From: a virus
DNA length: 64,000 bases
Strand: one strand, 5' to 3'
IMG/VR virus record: IMGVR_UViG_3300031132_000002
The translations under genes and the position numbers were made by a program. Below the pieces are notes generated by a model. It saw only the letters and a program-made list of their open reading frames with translations. It did no database searches and was not told the DNA's origin. How positions within the stretch are numbered: the stretch's first letter is position 1; each line of letters begins with the position of its first letter. This document shows, one piece after another, positions 10,401 to 19,308 of the stretch.

Positions 10401-10820
10401 TTATACGATATACAAACCTAAACTCTCTTTATTGAATAGAGGTTCGTTTGTTTTGATTTCGGACAAGGATTCAAGTTCCTTGATATTTTTGCTGATCTTA
10501 ATCTGCTGAGCAGCGATCTCGCCGTTTGCTTTGCTGATGCCTTCTGCCAGAACGTCACGCTGATATTCAACATCACGGAAACCGTTGAATTTGATACTCT
10601 GGAGAGACCGACCATCCTCACCCAAGACACGTTCGATCTTGAAGCAGGAGAACGGATGCATATCTTCACGGATAATACGACTACCGTTACTCACCTGGCG
10701 CAAGCCAGACATTTCTTCGATATCTTTCATCGTGATATAGTCAGAAACACCTGTCTCTACATTCAGGCCCAGAGCCTGCAATGCCACCATAGTTTCCTTC
10801 ACGCGATTAATCTTAGCCAT
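10401..10820 (-). CDS. Hypothetical protein in its own transcription unit
   Basis: Start refined to ATG 10820 (MAKINRVK) after RBS GAGGAG; promoter upstream. Confidence 0.75.
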   Translation of the reverse strand: MAKINRVKETMVALQALGLNVETGVSDYITMKDIEEMSGLRQVSNGSRIIREDMHPFSCFKIERVLGEDGRSLQSIKFNGFRDVEYQRDVLAEGISKANGEIAAQQIKISKNIKELESLSEIKTNEPLFNKESLGLYIV

Positions 10821-10869
10821 CTTTCTTCTCCTCTTTTGATTTAAGCAGTATTGCTTCTTGTTGAAATGA

Positions 10870-10898
10870 ATATTACAGCAGTCTTTAGTATGCGTCAA
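10870..10898 (-). promoter_or_regulatory. Sigma70-like promoter
   Basis: TTGACG-N17-TAATAT. Confidence 0.65.
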
Positions 10899-10917
10899 CA
10901 TTTATTTTAGACAAAAG

Positions 10918-10942
10918 AAAAGGAGCCTTTCGGCTCCCTTAT
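10918..10942 (-). terminator. Intrinsic terminator after ssb
   Basis: GGAGCC-GAAA-GGCTCC plus T run on the minus strand. Confidence 0.8.
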
Positions 10943-10963
10943 TTCCCTTTATAAATCAGCGAC

Positions 10964-11887
10964 TTAGAAGGGGATATCATCATCGAAATCTACTGGAGCG
11001 TCTGGAGTCGGCTCAGGATCTTTCGGAGTAGAAGCTGGTTTATCAGCTTTTGGTTTAGCTTCGATCTTAGCCGGAGCTTTTGCTTCTGAGTTTGCACCTT
11101 TGATAACAGCCAGAACTTCATCACTCACTGCTAGGATAGGCTTAGCAGCCTCAATCAGACTAGCAACAGTAACTTCACCTTTTGCATCACGGCAAGCATT
11201 CAGAACAGCGTGACCAACAGAAGCGCCAGTATCGTAGTCAGAAATATCGACACCACGTTGCAGAGCAACCTCGGTTTTCATCTGGACAGTTGCTTCGTGA
11301 ACCAGCTTAGCCAGGTCAACAGCACTACCAGAGACGCCATTGCGTTGCAGGTATAAAGCGCCGTTTACAGCGTGACCTGCTTCCATACCTGAGTTGTCTT
11401 TCTTCCAAGTGCCTTTACCCGCAGCCTGACCGTTTCCTGCTGGCTTGTTAGAGGCTGGAGCCTGCTGAACACCATCAACAGATAGTACGCTGATCTTGCC
11501 TTTAGATGAGTTGTAATAGGTCTTACCCTGCCACTCACTTACTTTCAGATCCAGAGCTACTTCAACACCACGTTCAATAGTTACCCAACGCTCAGGTGCA
11601 TCACCTACGGCTGCTTTAACCTGTAGATTCTCGTGTTCTGGGTGCAGTTTTACTTCACCTAATCCAATCCACTGACCCGCATCTTCACGAGAAGCACCTT
11701 TCTCTTTCAGGAGAATAGAAGCTTTGTGTGTTGACTCAATTTTCTTGTCTGGCTGACCCGCTACTTTAATGTAGGAAGTTTTCATTTCAGGGAATTTGTC
11801 CAGTTTGACAAACTCAACCACGCCTTCTGCGAAAAATACTTCTTTCTTAGTGCGACGGTCGATTTCTGATTTGATTACTGCTGACAT
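10964..11887 (-). CDS. ssb: Single-stranded DNA-binding protein
   Basis: OB-fold-like N-terminus; acidic C-terminal tail DFDDDIPF. Confidence 0.75.
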   Translation of the reverse strand: MSAVIKSEIDRRTKKEVFFAEGVVEFVKLDKFPEMKTSYIKVAGQPDKKIESTHKASILLKEKGASREDAGQWIGLGEVKLHPEHENLQVKAAVGDAPERWVTIERGVEVALDLKVSEWQGKTYYNSSKGKISVLSVDGVQQAPASNKPAGNGQAAGKGTWKKDNSGMEAGHAVNGALYLQRNGVSGSAVDLAKLVHEATVQMKTEVALQRGVDISDYDTGASVGHAVLNACRDAKGEVTVASLIEAAKPILAVSDEVLAVIKGANSEAKAPAKIEAKPKADKPASTPKDPEPTPDAPVDFDDDIPF

Positions 11888-11914
11888 ATGTATATCTCCT
11901 ATATGAGTTCTTAT

Positions 11915-12322
11915 TTAATGTAATGTTTCTGCTGCAAACGTTCTCAAACGTAACGCTGCATCCTTGGGAACAAGGAATTTATTTCCTGAGAAATCCATCC
12001 CTAATTCACCTGTAGGTAAGTGAACAAAGTTAAAGTATTCACTCCCTAATACGATTCTTCTACCAGTGTTCTTGTTATCAATAACCTCTAATATGTGGTC
12101 TTGAAAACGTCTGAACTCCCGCAGATCGACAGTGAAGGATGTAGTCTCTTTCTTACCAACAAAAGTGTTAATCTCAACCACTGTCTTTTCGTTATGAAAA
12201 CGCTTGACCTTCAAGTAGAACCTGTTGTTCATCATAGTATCTTCACTGAGATAGATTTCGGATGCTTCTTCAAAGAAGTTTGTTCTTACCTTAACGAGAG
12301 GTCTTTTTAAAGCTGTTGTCAT
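11915..12322 (-). CDS. Hypothetical protein
   Basis: ORF with RBS, in operon orientation. Confidence 0.65.
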   Translation of the reverse strand: MTTALKRPLVKVRTNFFEEASEIYLSEDTMMNNRFYLKVKRFHNEKTVVEINTFVGKKETTSFTVDLREFRRFQDHILEVIDNKNTGRRIVLGSEYFNFVHLPTGELGMDFSGNKFLVPKDAALRLRTFAAETLH

Positions 12323-12362
12323 TTCGAATCCTTACTATATCAAAATACTGTTATCGTGTCAA

Positions 12363-12983
12363 CTAAAAGTTGAAAACATCTGGACTTTCTTTACCATCTC
12401 GCTCGAAAGAGTCAAAGCCTAAGTCAGCAGATACCTTCACTTCCACAAAAGAAGGACGCACTTTAACAAACTTAGCAAAGGTGTAGCCAGGGAACTTACC
12501 TGCAATTTTCTGAACGTGCTTTGTGTTCTCGTCTACATCATCAGACAAGATGATCACCTTATCCAGAAGAGTTTTCATAAACTTCGGAGAAGGGTGATAC
12601 TGACCATCATAATAAATCTCGCAGATGCTACAGCTAAAATGACCAGTGTACGGGAAGGCACAGTACTCATCCATAAACATAATGTTGAACGTCTTACCTT
12701 CGTAATCGAATTCAAATACTGCCAACAGATCTGAGATACCTTCATAGTCCTCGTCTACGGCACTCATAGAGCGTACACGGTTGAACCCGAGCAAAGATAT
12801 TGCTGCTTGTCGCAGAGGGTCAGAGGATAGCTCAGGGGCTTTCAGATAGATATCGATATCAGAACACTCCTTACCCATCCACCAATCACGAGGCGCACCG
12901 CCTGCAATAATAGCATTAGGATCAATCTTCTTAATGCGTTCCAGTACTTCTTCACCTAAACGCTTTTCATTATGACGATTCAT
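12363..12983 (-). CDS. tRNA nucleotidyltransferase/poly(A) polymerase head-domain protein
   Basis: IAGGAPRD...SDIDIY class II NTase signature. Confidence 0.8.
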   Translation of the reverse strand: MNRHNEKRLGEEVLERIKKIDPNAIIAGGAPRDWWMGKECSDIDIYLKAPELSSDPLRQAAISLLGFNRVRSMSAVDEDYEGISDLLAVFEFDYEGKTFNIMFMDEYCAFPYTGHFSCSICEIYYDGQYHPSPKFMKTLLDKVIILSDDVDENTKHVQKIAGKFPGYTFAKFVKVRPSFVEVKVSADLGFDSFERDGKESPDVFNF

Positions 12984-13192
12984 TATTTTACCTCCACAGT
13001 AGTAAAGATTCCATCTTCGTTAAACTCATCTTGGATAAGTTCTACGAAACAACCAGTTAACATCTCAGTCAAGCCTGCCACGATCTCTTCGTGTGTTTCT
13101 CCTGCTGCGATGCGCATATCATAACCTTCTTTCAACTCGGGATTGTCTAAGTCAATTTCAAGATGTGCAATAAGATCTAACTTAACGATCAT
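12983..13192 (-). CDS. Acidic hypothetical protein
   Basis: Start and stop coupled with neighbours. Confidence 0.65.
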   Translation of the reverse strand: MIVKLDLIAHLEIDLDNPELKEGYDMRIAAGETHEEIVAGLTEMLTGCFVELIQDEFNEDGIFTTVEVK

Positions 13193-13374
13193 TTGTCCTC
13201 CTTAGCCAGTAAAGATATAGTGTAGGGATTTTGTAGAACGTAAAAGTCGTAGTACTCATCCCCAATAACAACACGAATGTGTGTACTATCCGATTGCTGT
13301 ACTTGTTGGGCAAATAGGATTGTATGTGTATTGATCAGTATAGTTTCACCTGAGACTCTTGTAAGTAAAATCAT
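13189..13374 (-). CDS. Small hypothetical protein (FlbD-like MIxLT start)
   Basis: MILLTRVSGETILIN; coupled to neighbours. Confidence 0.6.
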   Translation of the reverse strand: MILLTRVSGETILINTHTILFAQQVQQSDSTHIRVVIGDEYYDFYVLQNPYTISLLAKEDK

Positions 13375-13375
13375 A

Positions 13376-13603
13376 TTACCCGATCCTCTGAATTTTCACA
13401 ATGATAATATATAGCTCACATATTTGGCCCATAATCTTCTCCAAGTTATTTGGACTATGAACAACATCATAAACCACGTACTCAACACCTTCTAGTACCA
13501 TACCTTCACCCTTACGAGGCACAGGCGGGGTGTAGAATTTAGATGATCGCTGGTAGTCGATAACAGAATCACCTTCCATATATTGAACTTTCACTGTTGA
13601 CAT
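13376..13603 (-). CDS. Hypothetical protein, paralog of 13605-13808
   Basis: VPRKGE..YVVYDVVHSP. Confidence 0.65.
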   Translation of the reverse strand: MSTVKVQYMEGDSVIDYQRSSKFYTPPVPRKGEGMVLEGVEYVVYDVVHSPNNLEKIMGQICELYIIIVKIQRIG

Positions 13604-13604
13604 A

Positions 13605-13808
13605 CTACACCTCCATTAGTTCTATGCTGATGATATGCACAGGATCTGCAATGTTAAAATACTTAGTACCAGGATAATGAGAAATACTGGCTACAAAGAA
13701 CTGTCCTTCTGGTAAAAATACCAGTTCATTCTTTCGCGGGATAACTGCATCTTGGTTATCATCGAAGTGGAGAGTTTTACCTTTAAAATCGTAATCAATC
13801 CTCTTCAT
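13605..13808 (-). CDS. Hypothetical protein, paralog of 13376-13603
   Basis: Start refined to MKRIDYDF; IPRKNE..FFVASISHYP. Confidence 0.65.
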   Translation of the reverse strand: MKRIDYDFKGKTLHFDDNQDAVIPRKNELVFLPEGQFFVASISHYPGTKYFNIADPVHIISIELMEV

Positions 13809-14091
13809 TTTCTTCCCAGCCCTCTTTAGGATTACCGAAGCGATCAGTCGGTTCATCACAATAACAACCGCAACACTTGCAGCAACCACAAGAATATGTG
13901 TCATCCCAATCGTCTTCATAATCGTCTTGGTCATACTCCGATTGTTCAGAGTCTGTGAGTGTGTACCATTCGTCAGTGAATGCTAGCACTACACGGAAAT
14001 CATCAGATCGACCTTGGAGCATTTCCTCCAGATCTTCACCAAAACACATCACGTCATCAGGCCACAACACTAAATCTTCATTGCCAATCAT
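13795..14091 (-). CDS. Very acidic protein with Cys cluster
   Basis: RBS GGAGG; EYDQDDYEDDWDD and CGCCKCCGCYC. Confidence 0.7.
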   Translation of the reverse strand: MIGNEDLVLWPDDVMCFGEDLEEMLQGRSDDFRVVLAFTDEWYTLTDSEQSEYDQDDYEDDWDDTYSCGCCKCCGCYCDEPTDRFGNPKEGWEENEED

Positions 14092-14105
14092 AAAAACCTC
14101 CGTTT

Positions 14106-14123
14106 AAAGGGCCGAAGCCCTTA
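14106..14123 (-). terminator. GGGC-UUCG-GCCC hairpin terminator
   Basis: Same core recurs at 20268, 23846, 35072 (-) and 57327 (+). Confidence 0.65.
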
Positions 14124-14213
14124 TTCATCATCTTTAATGTAGAACACGCATCCTATCACAAGAATAGTGAGCATTGCAACATCAAAGATTGTTAACATTG
14201 TCTGTCTATCCAT
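14121..14213 (-). CDS. 30-aa single-TM peptide coupled to the polymerase stop
   Basis: TAATG overlap; MDRQTMLTIFDVAMLTILVIGCVFYIKDDE; below the ORF-track cutoff. Confidence 0.5.
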   Translation of the reverse strand: MDRQTMLTIFDVAMLTILVIGCVFYIKDDE

Positions 14214-16807
14214 TAGTGACACTCAGCCCAGGATCTTCCTACGTCATAACCCGCAGTTAACTCTACATTTAGACCGTAGTATCGCCCAGCCTCCGTTACG
14301 GCAGTAACAGCCAATTCTCCAGCACGGGAATAAGCACTATAGAAACCACCGCGAGGCGAAGGATGCAGGTTAGCCCATTTACGACCTTCCTTCTCTTCCA
14401 ACTCTGCAAGAAGTTGTTTAGCCCTCTTCTCACAAGCTTTATCAATTGCTGCCTGCTCTTTCTCGTCTTCTACCTTCACCCAACCTAGTTCTTCTGGTCT
14501 CCACCATTTAAACTCAACCAGTTCTTTAGAGACTTCCACCTGTGCCTCATCGTGATAGGCGATCATTTGTTGAGCAAAAGGCATATTCTTCCAATCGTCA
14601 ACAAAGAAGTCACACAGCAAACCTTCTTCTTCAATGTAGTCATCATACAACACCATTGCACGTTTAGCACAAATAACACCGCCTGATTGGAACAGAGAGT
14701 TCAGGATAGCGTGAGCGGAACGAGTAGGGACTTTACGACCATCAATACCAGGAACGTAAGTTTTACCTGTTGCTGTCCAGTATGCAGACAACTTCTCTTT
14801 CAGATCTGCTAAAGGCTTCGCTGCTTCCCAGAAACCTCCAAACACCAGTTCACCAGTGTAAAGGTCACTACCGATAGTCTTGGCAACACGAGCCGCCTGA
14901 CTACCATAAGTACAACCGTATTTCACTGCCTTAGCACTGCCACGTTCAAACTTCTTACCGAGGATCTCAGAGATCTTTTCAGCAGTCTTAGTGTGAACAT
15001 CGTTGGGCTTATCCAACAGCAATGAGTTGCAGTATGGCTGACCTTCAACATCATATTTCCAAGTGTAGTGCGCTTCGATACGTGCTTCAAGGCTATCAAA
15101 GTCGTAACCGATTTGGAAGTAGTTAGGTGTATCTGCTCCAAACAAACTACGCATCTGTTCACCATACAGCGAAGTAACGCGAGGAATGTTTGCCACTGAC
15201 CTGTGCTTCATACGGCTTGTTGCCGCATCACACGTAGCCGCAGGTGTAGGGATTCGACCATCAGCCCTTACCGCAGCAACATAACCTTTATCTGGCTCTT
15301 CCTCTGGATCATCCCAATCAACACCACCGCCCAAGATAGAGTTACGACGATGCTTGAATGTCAGGTATTCCACAATGTCGATTGCAAACGGGAACTGCTC
15401 TGCAATCAGTGATAGGTTAGGGCAAATCTCTTTCTCCTGGCCCTTTGTAAAGCTAGGATTAGTTCTTACCTTAACACCACGCCCTTTTGCGATACGTGCT
15501 CTTAGAGTGGCTTCTAGGCGGTCTGGTGTACATTCCAGATGTTCACAACGATCATTCAGGAAGTTAGATTCAAAGGTTTGTTTCAGATAGTCCTGAATAC
15601 CTTTTTCCATCGCAGCATCTTCCTTTCGGTTCTTGGTGCCGGACTTCAAAGTAATGTCTTTATCCTTGTACTCACTTGGATTCCATCCCAAACCAACGAG
15701 CCAGTTTTTAATGTGCGTTGTATCGTTCAGCGTAGCCGGAACGTTAGGATCACAAATCGGAACTTCGGCTTCGAGCGGTAATGTAAACTCTTTACCTAGC
15801 GCTTTCAAGATGTAACCACCATTACCATCACCTACTAATTCACCGCCGTGTTTTGCAGCAAACTTGATAATGTTGGACGTAGGTTCTCCGTTCTTCTTGA
15901 ACTGCAACTTAGGTGGAATAAAATCTTTCAGATAACCCTTAGTGGCAGGCTTAGGTGGAAGAATAGGCTCTGCACGTTGACGGCGCTCCTCCATCTTTTC
16001 ATCAAGATCATTAATGTTAGCTTCTGCTTTCTTCATATCGAAGGCAAAGCCACGGTGTTCCTGTCGAGTGATAATGTCAGCTACACGCTGCTCAAGGATG
16101 AACGGGTCTAACCACTTGTCATAATCGCCCCACTCTTCTTGCAACATACGATATACAGCGGTGTTAGCCTTGTTGTCGTAGATACAGTAATACATCATAT
16201 CCGCAGCAAAAGTCTTAAATCGATCTTCTACAGGAATCTCTTTACGGAAATCACGTTTTACATCACCACCTGCTTTCTGTGATAGTGCGTCCAGGCTGTG
16301 ACCACCGAAGCGATCTGGGTTTAACACCTTACTCAGAATCATTGAGTCGATAATTTCTACGTTACTATCGCCCCAAGTGTTGTATTTAACACTGTAGTTC
16401 AGCTTGTAGAACAGCTTAACGGCTAAGAAGTCATAGTTAATGGTGTTATGACCAATGGCACGTTCAACTTTATACTCAGGTTTATCTGCAAAGTAACCTG
16501 TATGATTGACAAAATCAATAAACATACTAAGAGGAAAGTGAGTATAGTCCACTGGAACGTATTCTTTCAACTCGTATGTGTACTTATCGTCAGATTCAGT
16601 ATAAGGACGACCATCAAAGACATACTTATCACCATCGTGGAAGCCGACAATCTCTCCGCTTTCGTGGTTCTCCAGCACAATACAGTGCATACCGAAGCTG
16701 TCCCGCAGTCGATAAGGACTCTGCTTGTAGTCGATAGACGATTCTCGCAGTAAGTCTGTTGCCTCAATATCCCAAGTATAGGTATTCAGGGGAATATCAC
16801 CAATCAT
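14213..16807 (-). CDS. Family A DNA polymerase with 3'-5' exonuclease (T7 gp5-like)
   Basis: ExoI WDIEAT, ExoII GHNTINYD, motif A DFDSLEAR, motif B RGSAKAVKYGCTYG, motif C YHDE. Confidence 0.95.
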   Translation of the reverse strand: MIGDIPLNTYTWDIEATDLLRESSIDYKQSPYRLRDSFGMHCIVLENHESGEIVGFHDGDKYVFDGRPYTESDDKYTYELKEYVPVDYTHFPLSMFIDFVNHTGYFADKPEYKVERAIGHNTINYDFLAVKLFYKLNYSVKYNTWGDSNVEIIDSMILSKVLNPDRFGGHSLDALSQKAGGDVKRDFRKEIPVEDRFKTFAADMMYYCIYDNKANTAVYRMLQEEWGDYDKWLDPFILEQRVADIITRQEHRGFAFDMKKAEANINDLDEKMEERRQRAEPILPPKPATKGYLKDFIPPKLQFKKNGEPTSNIIKFAAKHGGELVGDGNGGYILKALGKEFTLPLEAEVPICDPNVPATLNDTTHIKNWLVGLGWNPSEYKDKDITLKSGTKNRKEDAAMEKGIQDYLKQTFESNFLNDRCEHLECTPDRLEATLRARIAKGRGVKVRTNPSFTKGQEKEICPNLSLIAEQFPFAIDIVEYLTFKHRRNSILGGGVDWDDPEEEPDKGYVAAVRADGRIPTPAATCDAATSRMKHRSVANIPRVTSLYGEQMRSLFGADTPNYFQIGYDFDSLEARIEAHYTWKYDVEGQPYCNSLLLDKPNDVHTKTAEKISEILGKKFERGSAKAVKYGCTYGSQAARVAKTIGSDLYTGELVFGGFWEAAKPLADLKEKLSAYWTATGKTYVPGIDGRKVPTRSAHAILNSLFQSGGVICAKRAMVLYDDYIEEEGLLCDFFVDDWKNMPFAQQMIAYHDEAQVEVSKELVEFKWWRPEELGWVKVEDEKEQAAIDKACEKRAKQLLAELEEKEGRKWANLHPSPRGGFYSAYSRAGELAVTAVTEAGRYYGLNVELTAGYDVGRSWAECH

Positions 16808-16839
16808 TTCCTCTCCTTTTGTTATTTATTAGGGGGCAG

Positions 16840-16869
16840 AGTATACACTAAACCCCTCTGCTCTGTCAA
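16840..16869 (-). promoter_or_regulatory. Sigma70-like promoter for the polymerase
   Basis: TTGACA-N18-TATACT, overlapped by GCAGAG/CTCTGC inverted repeat. Confidence 0.55.
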
Positions 16870-17207
16870 TACTCCGAAATTTTAAATAGTGCTGTAGGAA
16901 CTTCTGATCCTACTAGTCCAACACGGTAAGTTTCCAGCGTACCCGAGTGCCCATCGAACCAAGAAAGAACCTCTTTATCTGATCCCTTAGAAGCAAGACG
17001 AATACGAACATCACTACCTTCCAGCTTTAGAAGGGTAGGGACGCATTCACTTGTCATTTGAAGAGAAATAAATACTTCTCCTTGCTCGTAGTAAATCTTC
17101 TCTCCAGCAACAAATCCATAAAGGGCAACATCACCCTCTTCTGTTTCTAGATAAGCACTAACCGAAGAAGGATCATATACCGAAAGACCACGTAACATCA
17201 CTGCCAT
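16866..17207 (-). CDS. Hypothetical protein resembling a shortened myophage tail-tube (DUF3277-like) protein
   Basis: YDPSSV...LYGFVAG and GEVFISLQMTS..L recall tube motifs YDP..V..GF..G and GTITITL.QTS; RBS AGGAG. The CDS is solid; the family is tentative. Confidence 0.55.
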   Translation of the reverse strand: MAVMLRGLSVYDPSSVSAYLETEEGDVALYGFVAGEKIYYEQGEVFISLQMTSECVPTLLKLEGSDVRIRLASKGSDKEVLSWFDGHSGTLETYRVGLVGSEVPTALFKISEY

Positions 17208-17243
17208 TTTAAAACTCCTTTAAGGGGCTTTCGCCCCATTAGA

Positions 17244-19022
17244 TTAAAACTTCATATCGCCGCCAATGTTGGCGGGATTGCTAAAGTACTGCTCTTTATC
17301 GTGCAGCGTAGCTGTTTTGATATCGTAGTAGAAGTTACCCGCAGCACCTGTCTCAGAAAACTCACGGTTTTTCAGGATGAAACAGTTTGTTGTGTTACGT
17401 TCAATCGGATCTTCCGCTGCTTTATCACGTTCAAGTGCAATTGTGATGCCTGCACCTTTAGCAAGGAAGCTACTGCCCATTGTGTCATCTTCGGTGATGT
17501 GCTCATTGTTACCGTTAGCTGACTTCTTAACGTGAGAAATCACGATAATGGTGATGCCGTACTCTTTCATAATACGCTTCAACCAAGTAGCCAATTCCTC
17601 CTGCTCACGAACATCCATACCTGAGAGTAAGTCTGAGTATGGGTCAATGACCAGAATTGTTACACCGTAGTGTACAACCATCTCCAGCACTTTCTCTTTA
17701 ACACTCTCAACGCTTGCTCCACGGTCATCACAGACAAAGAACTTTGGAGTACCGTCTGGACGTTCATAGAATGCACGAATGCGTTGTTCGTTATCCAGCA
17801 AGATAGCTTCCCGTTCTTCTGGTGTCTTCCTGTGCAGAGGAATATGCAGATAAGAAGAAAGCAAGTTACGAGAGTATTTCTTGTATGTGGCTTCCAGTGA
17901 CAGGATACCTAAAACATCCTCAGGATGCTCTACAATGATATGCTTCGTTACTTCGTTCACCAATAGAGTTTTACCGATACTGGTTTTAGCCAGGATAACA
18001 GTAATCTCTTCTCGCACCAAACCACCACCAAGCATATTTGCAGCAACACGCATAAACGCTGGCAGCGTGATAATCTGTGCATCCATACACTCAAGCGCAG
18101 CTTCAAACAGCATATTCGAGGCATAAACACCTGCTGGAGTATACAGCTTAGACTTGAAGAACTGAGTCATAAAGTGATCTTTCTTTCCGTCTTCCAGCGC
18201 CTGATTTGGATCTTTGCAGTCCAAAGTCATCACGTAGACACGGTTACGAGGCAGTACTTTAACACACTTCTCCATCGCTTCTTGACCAGCTTTATCATTA
18301 TCCAGACAGAGAATGATTTTCTTGAACTGATTCAAGAAGTTATACTGACTCTGTAGTTGACGATGAAGAGAAGTCTCACCACAAGTTCCTGATACTACAG
18401 CAATCTCTGGGTATTTACCAGCAGGATCGTTGTCTTTCAGTAGCTGTACAGCCGCCAGTTGATCGTGCTCACCACCTACAATCAGGATTGTACCGGAAGC
18501 ATTACGGTATTTGAACTGACCAAACAGGTCACATTCTTTACCTGTTTCACCCAGAGGGCCAGGGTGTGCAAATTCTTTAGGGTGTTCTCTCACCTTATAA
18601 CCTGCAATCTCATATCCCTTTGTCACAGGATAATAGGTGCGGAAGATACTACCATCACTTGCATATTCGTACCGAACACCAAGAGGCTTTGAAATATCCT
18701 CTCGAATACCACGGTAGTTTTTAGGGTGTGTACCAGTAATCTCCTTTAACTTTTTGTGAATCTCAGCATTGAATTCTCTTCCCACTATTTCTTCCTCTTC
18801 TTCTAGTTCTTGACCATTTTCTCTTAACCATTTTTGACTCGGGATGGTGTATTCACAAGAGAAACAGAATCCACCTTTATGTTCTTCATCTGAATCCAAG
18901 CCATATACCATAAGGTTATTTCCTGAACGATCCCTTCCCTTGCTTACGCAACGGGGGCAAGCCTGATGCCCTTCTCGTGATAAATCAACTTCTACGCCAT
19001 ACTTCTTAATGATGAAGCCCAT
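17244..19022 (-). CDS. Primase-helicase (T7 gp4-like)
   Basis: Zn ribbon CPRC...CFSC, TOPRIM GGEHD/LDNDKAG, Walker A AKTSIGKT, LVIDP, SHVKK. Confidence 0.95.
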   Translation of the reverse strand: MGFIIKKYGVEVDLSREGHQACPRCVSKGRDRSGNNLMVYGLDSDEEHKGGFCFSCEYTIPSQKWLRENGQELEEEEEIVGREFNAEIHKKLKEITGTHPKNYRGIREDISKPLGVRYEYASDGSIFRTYYPVTKGYEIAGYKVREHPKEFAHPGPLGETGKECDLFGQFKYRNASGTILIVGGEHDQLAAVQLLKDNDPAGKYPEIAVVSGTCGETSLHRQLQSQYNFLNQFKKIILCLDNDKAGQEAMEKCVKVLPRNRVYVMTLDCKDPNQALEDGKKDHFMTQFFKSKLYTPAGVYASNMLFEAALECMDAQIITLPAFMRVAANMLGGGLVREEITVILAKTSIGKTLLVNEVTKHIIVEHPEDVLGILSLEATYKKYSRNLLSSYLHIPLHRKTPEEREAILLDNEQRIRAFYERPDGTPKFFVCDDRGASVESVKEKVLEMVVHYGVTILVIDPYSDLLSGMDVREQEELATWLKRIMKEYGITIIVISHVKKSANGNNEHITEDDTMGSSFLAKGAGITIALERDKAAEDPIERNTTNCFILKNREFSETGAAGNFYYDIKTATLHDKEQYFSNPANIGGDMKF

Positions 19023-19038
19023 TACTACTCCTTACTTA

Positions 19039-19308
19039 TTAGAATCCCTCATTATCGTACATAACGTTTTCAATAGCATCTTCACGTAATTTTGCTTGAA
19101 GCTCTCGCATCAACTCTTCTTTACTGACATATCCAGCCCAAGGCTTACCGTCTTGAGTGAGAGAAATAATATCGACAAAGAAACCACCTTGATAATCCCA
19201 ATCGCTATCTACACAATAAGGGTCTGGTGCATTATATTCACAAGCCACTTCTACCTGAATCTTTTCGCCCAGGTCAGTTTTATAATCAAAATCATAAGTT
19301 ACGTACAT
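19039..19308 (-). CDS. Acidic hypothetical protein
   Basis: DSDWDYQG motif; coupled to the upstream GT gene. Confidence 0.7.
   Translation of the reverse strand: MYVTYDFDYKTDLGEKIQVEVACEYNAPDPYCVDSDWDYQGGFFVDIISLTQDGKPWAGYVSKEELMRELQAKLREDAIENVMYDNEGF

Noticed and set aside
14213-16807. Intein or intron in the DNA polymerase
   Set aside because: The frame is continuous, with no recognisable intein splice junctions or homing endonuclease motifs; the long insert fits a T7-type thumb extension
14923-18692. Many short antisense or alternative-frame ORFs over pol and primase-helicase (and similar ones elsewhere)
   Set aside because: Nested within well-supported genes, with no RBS or motifs
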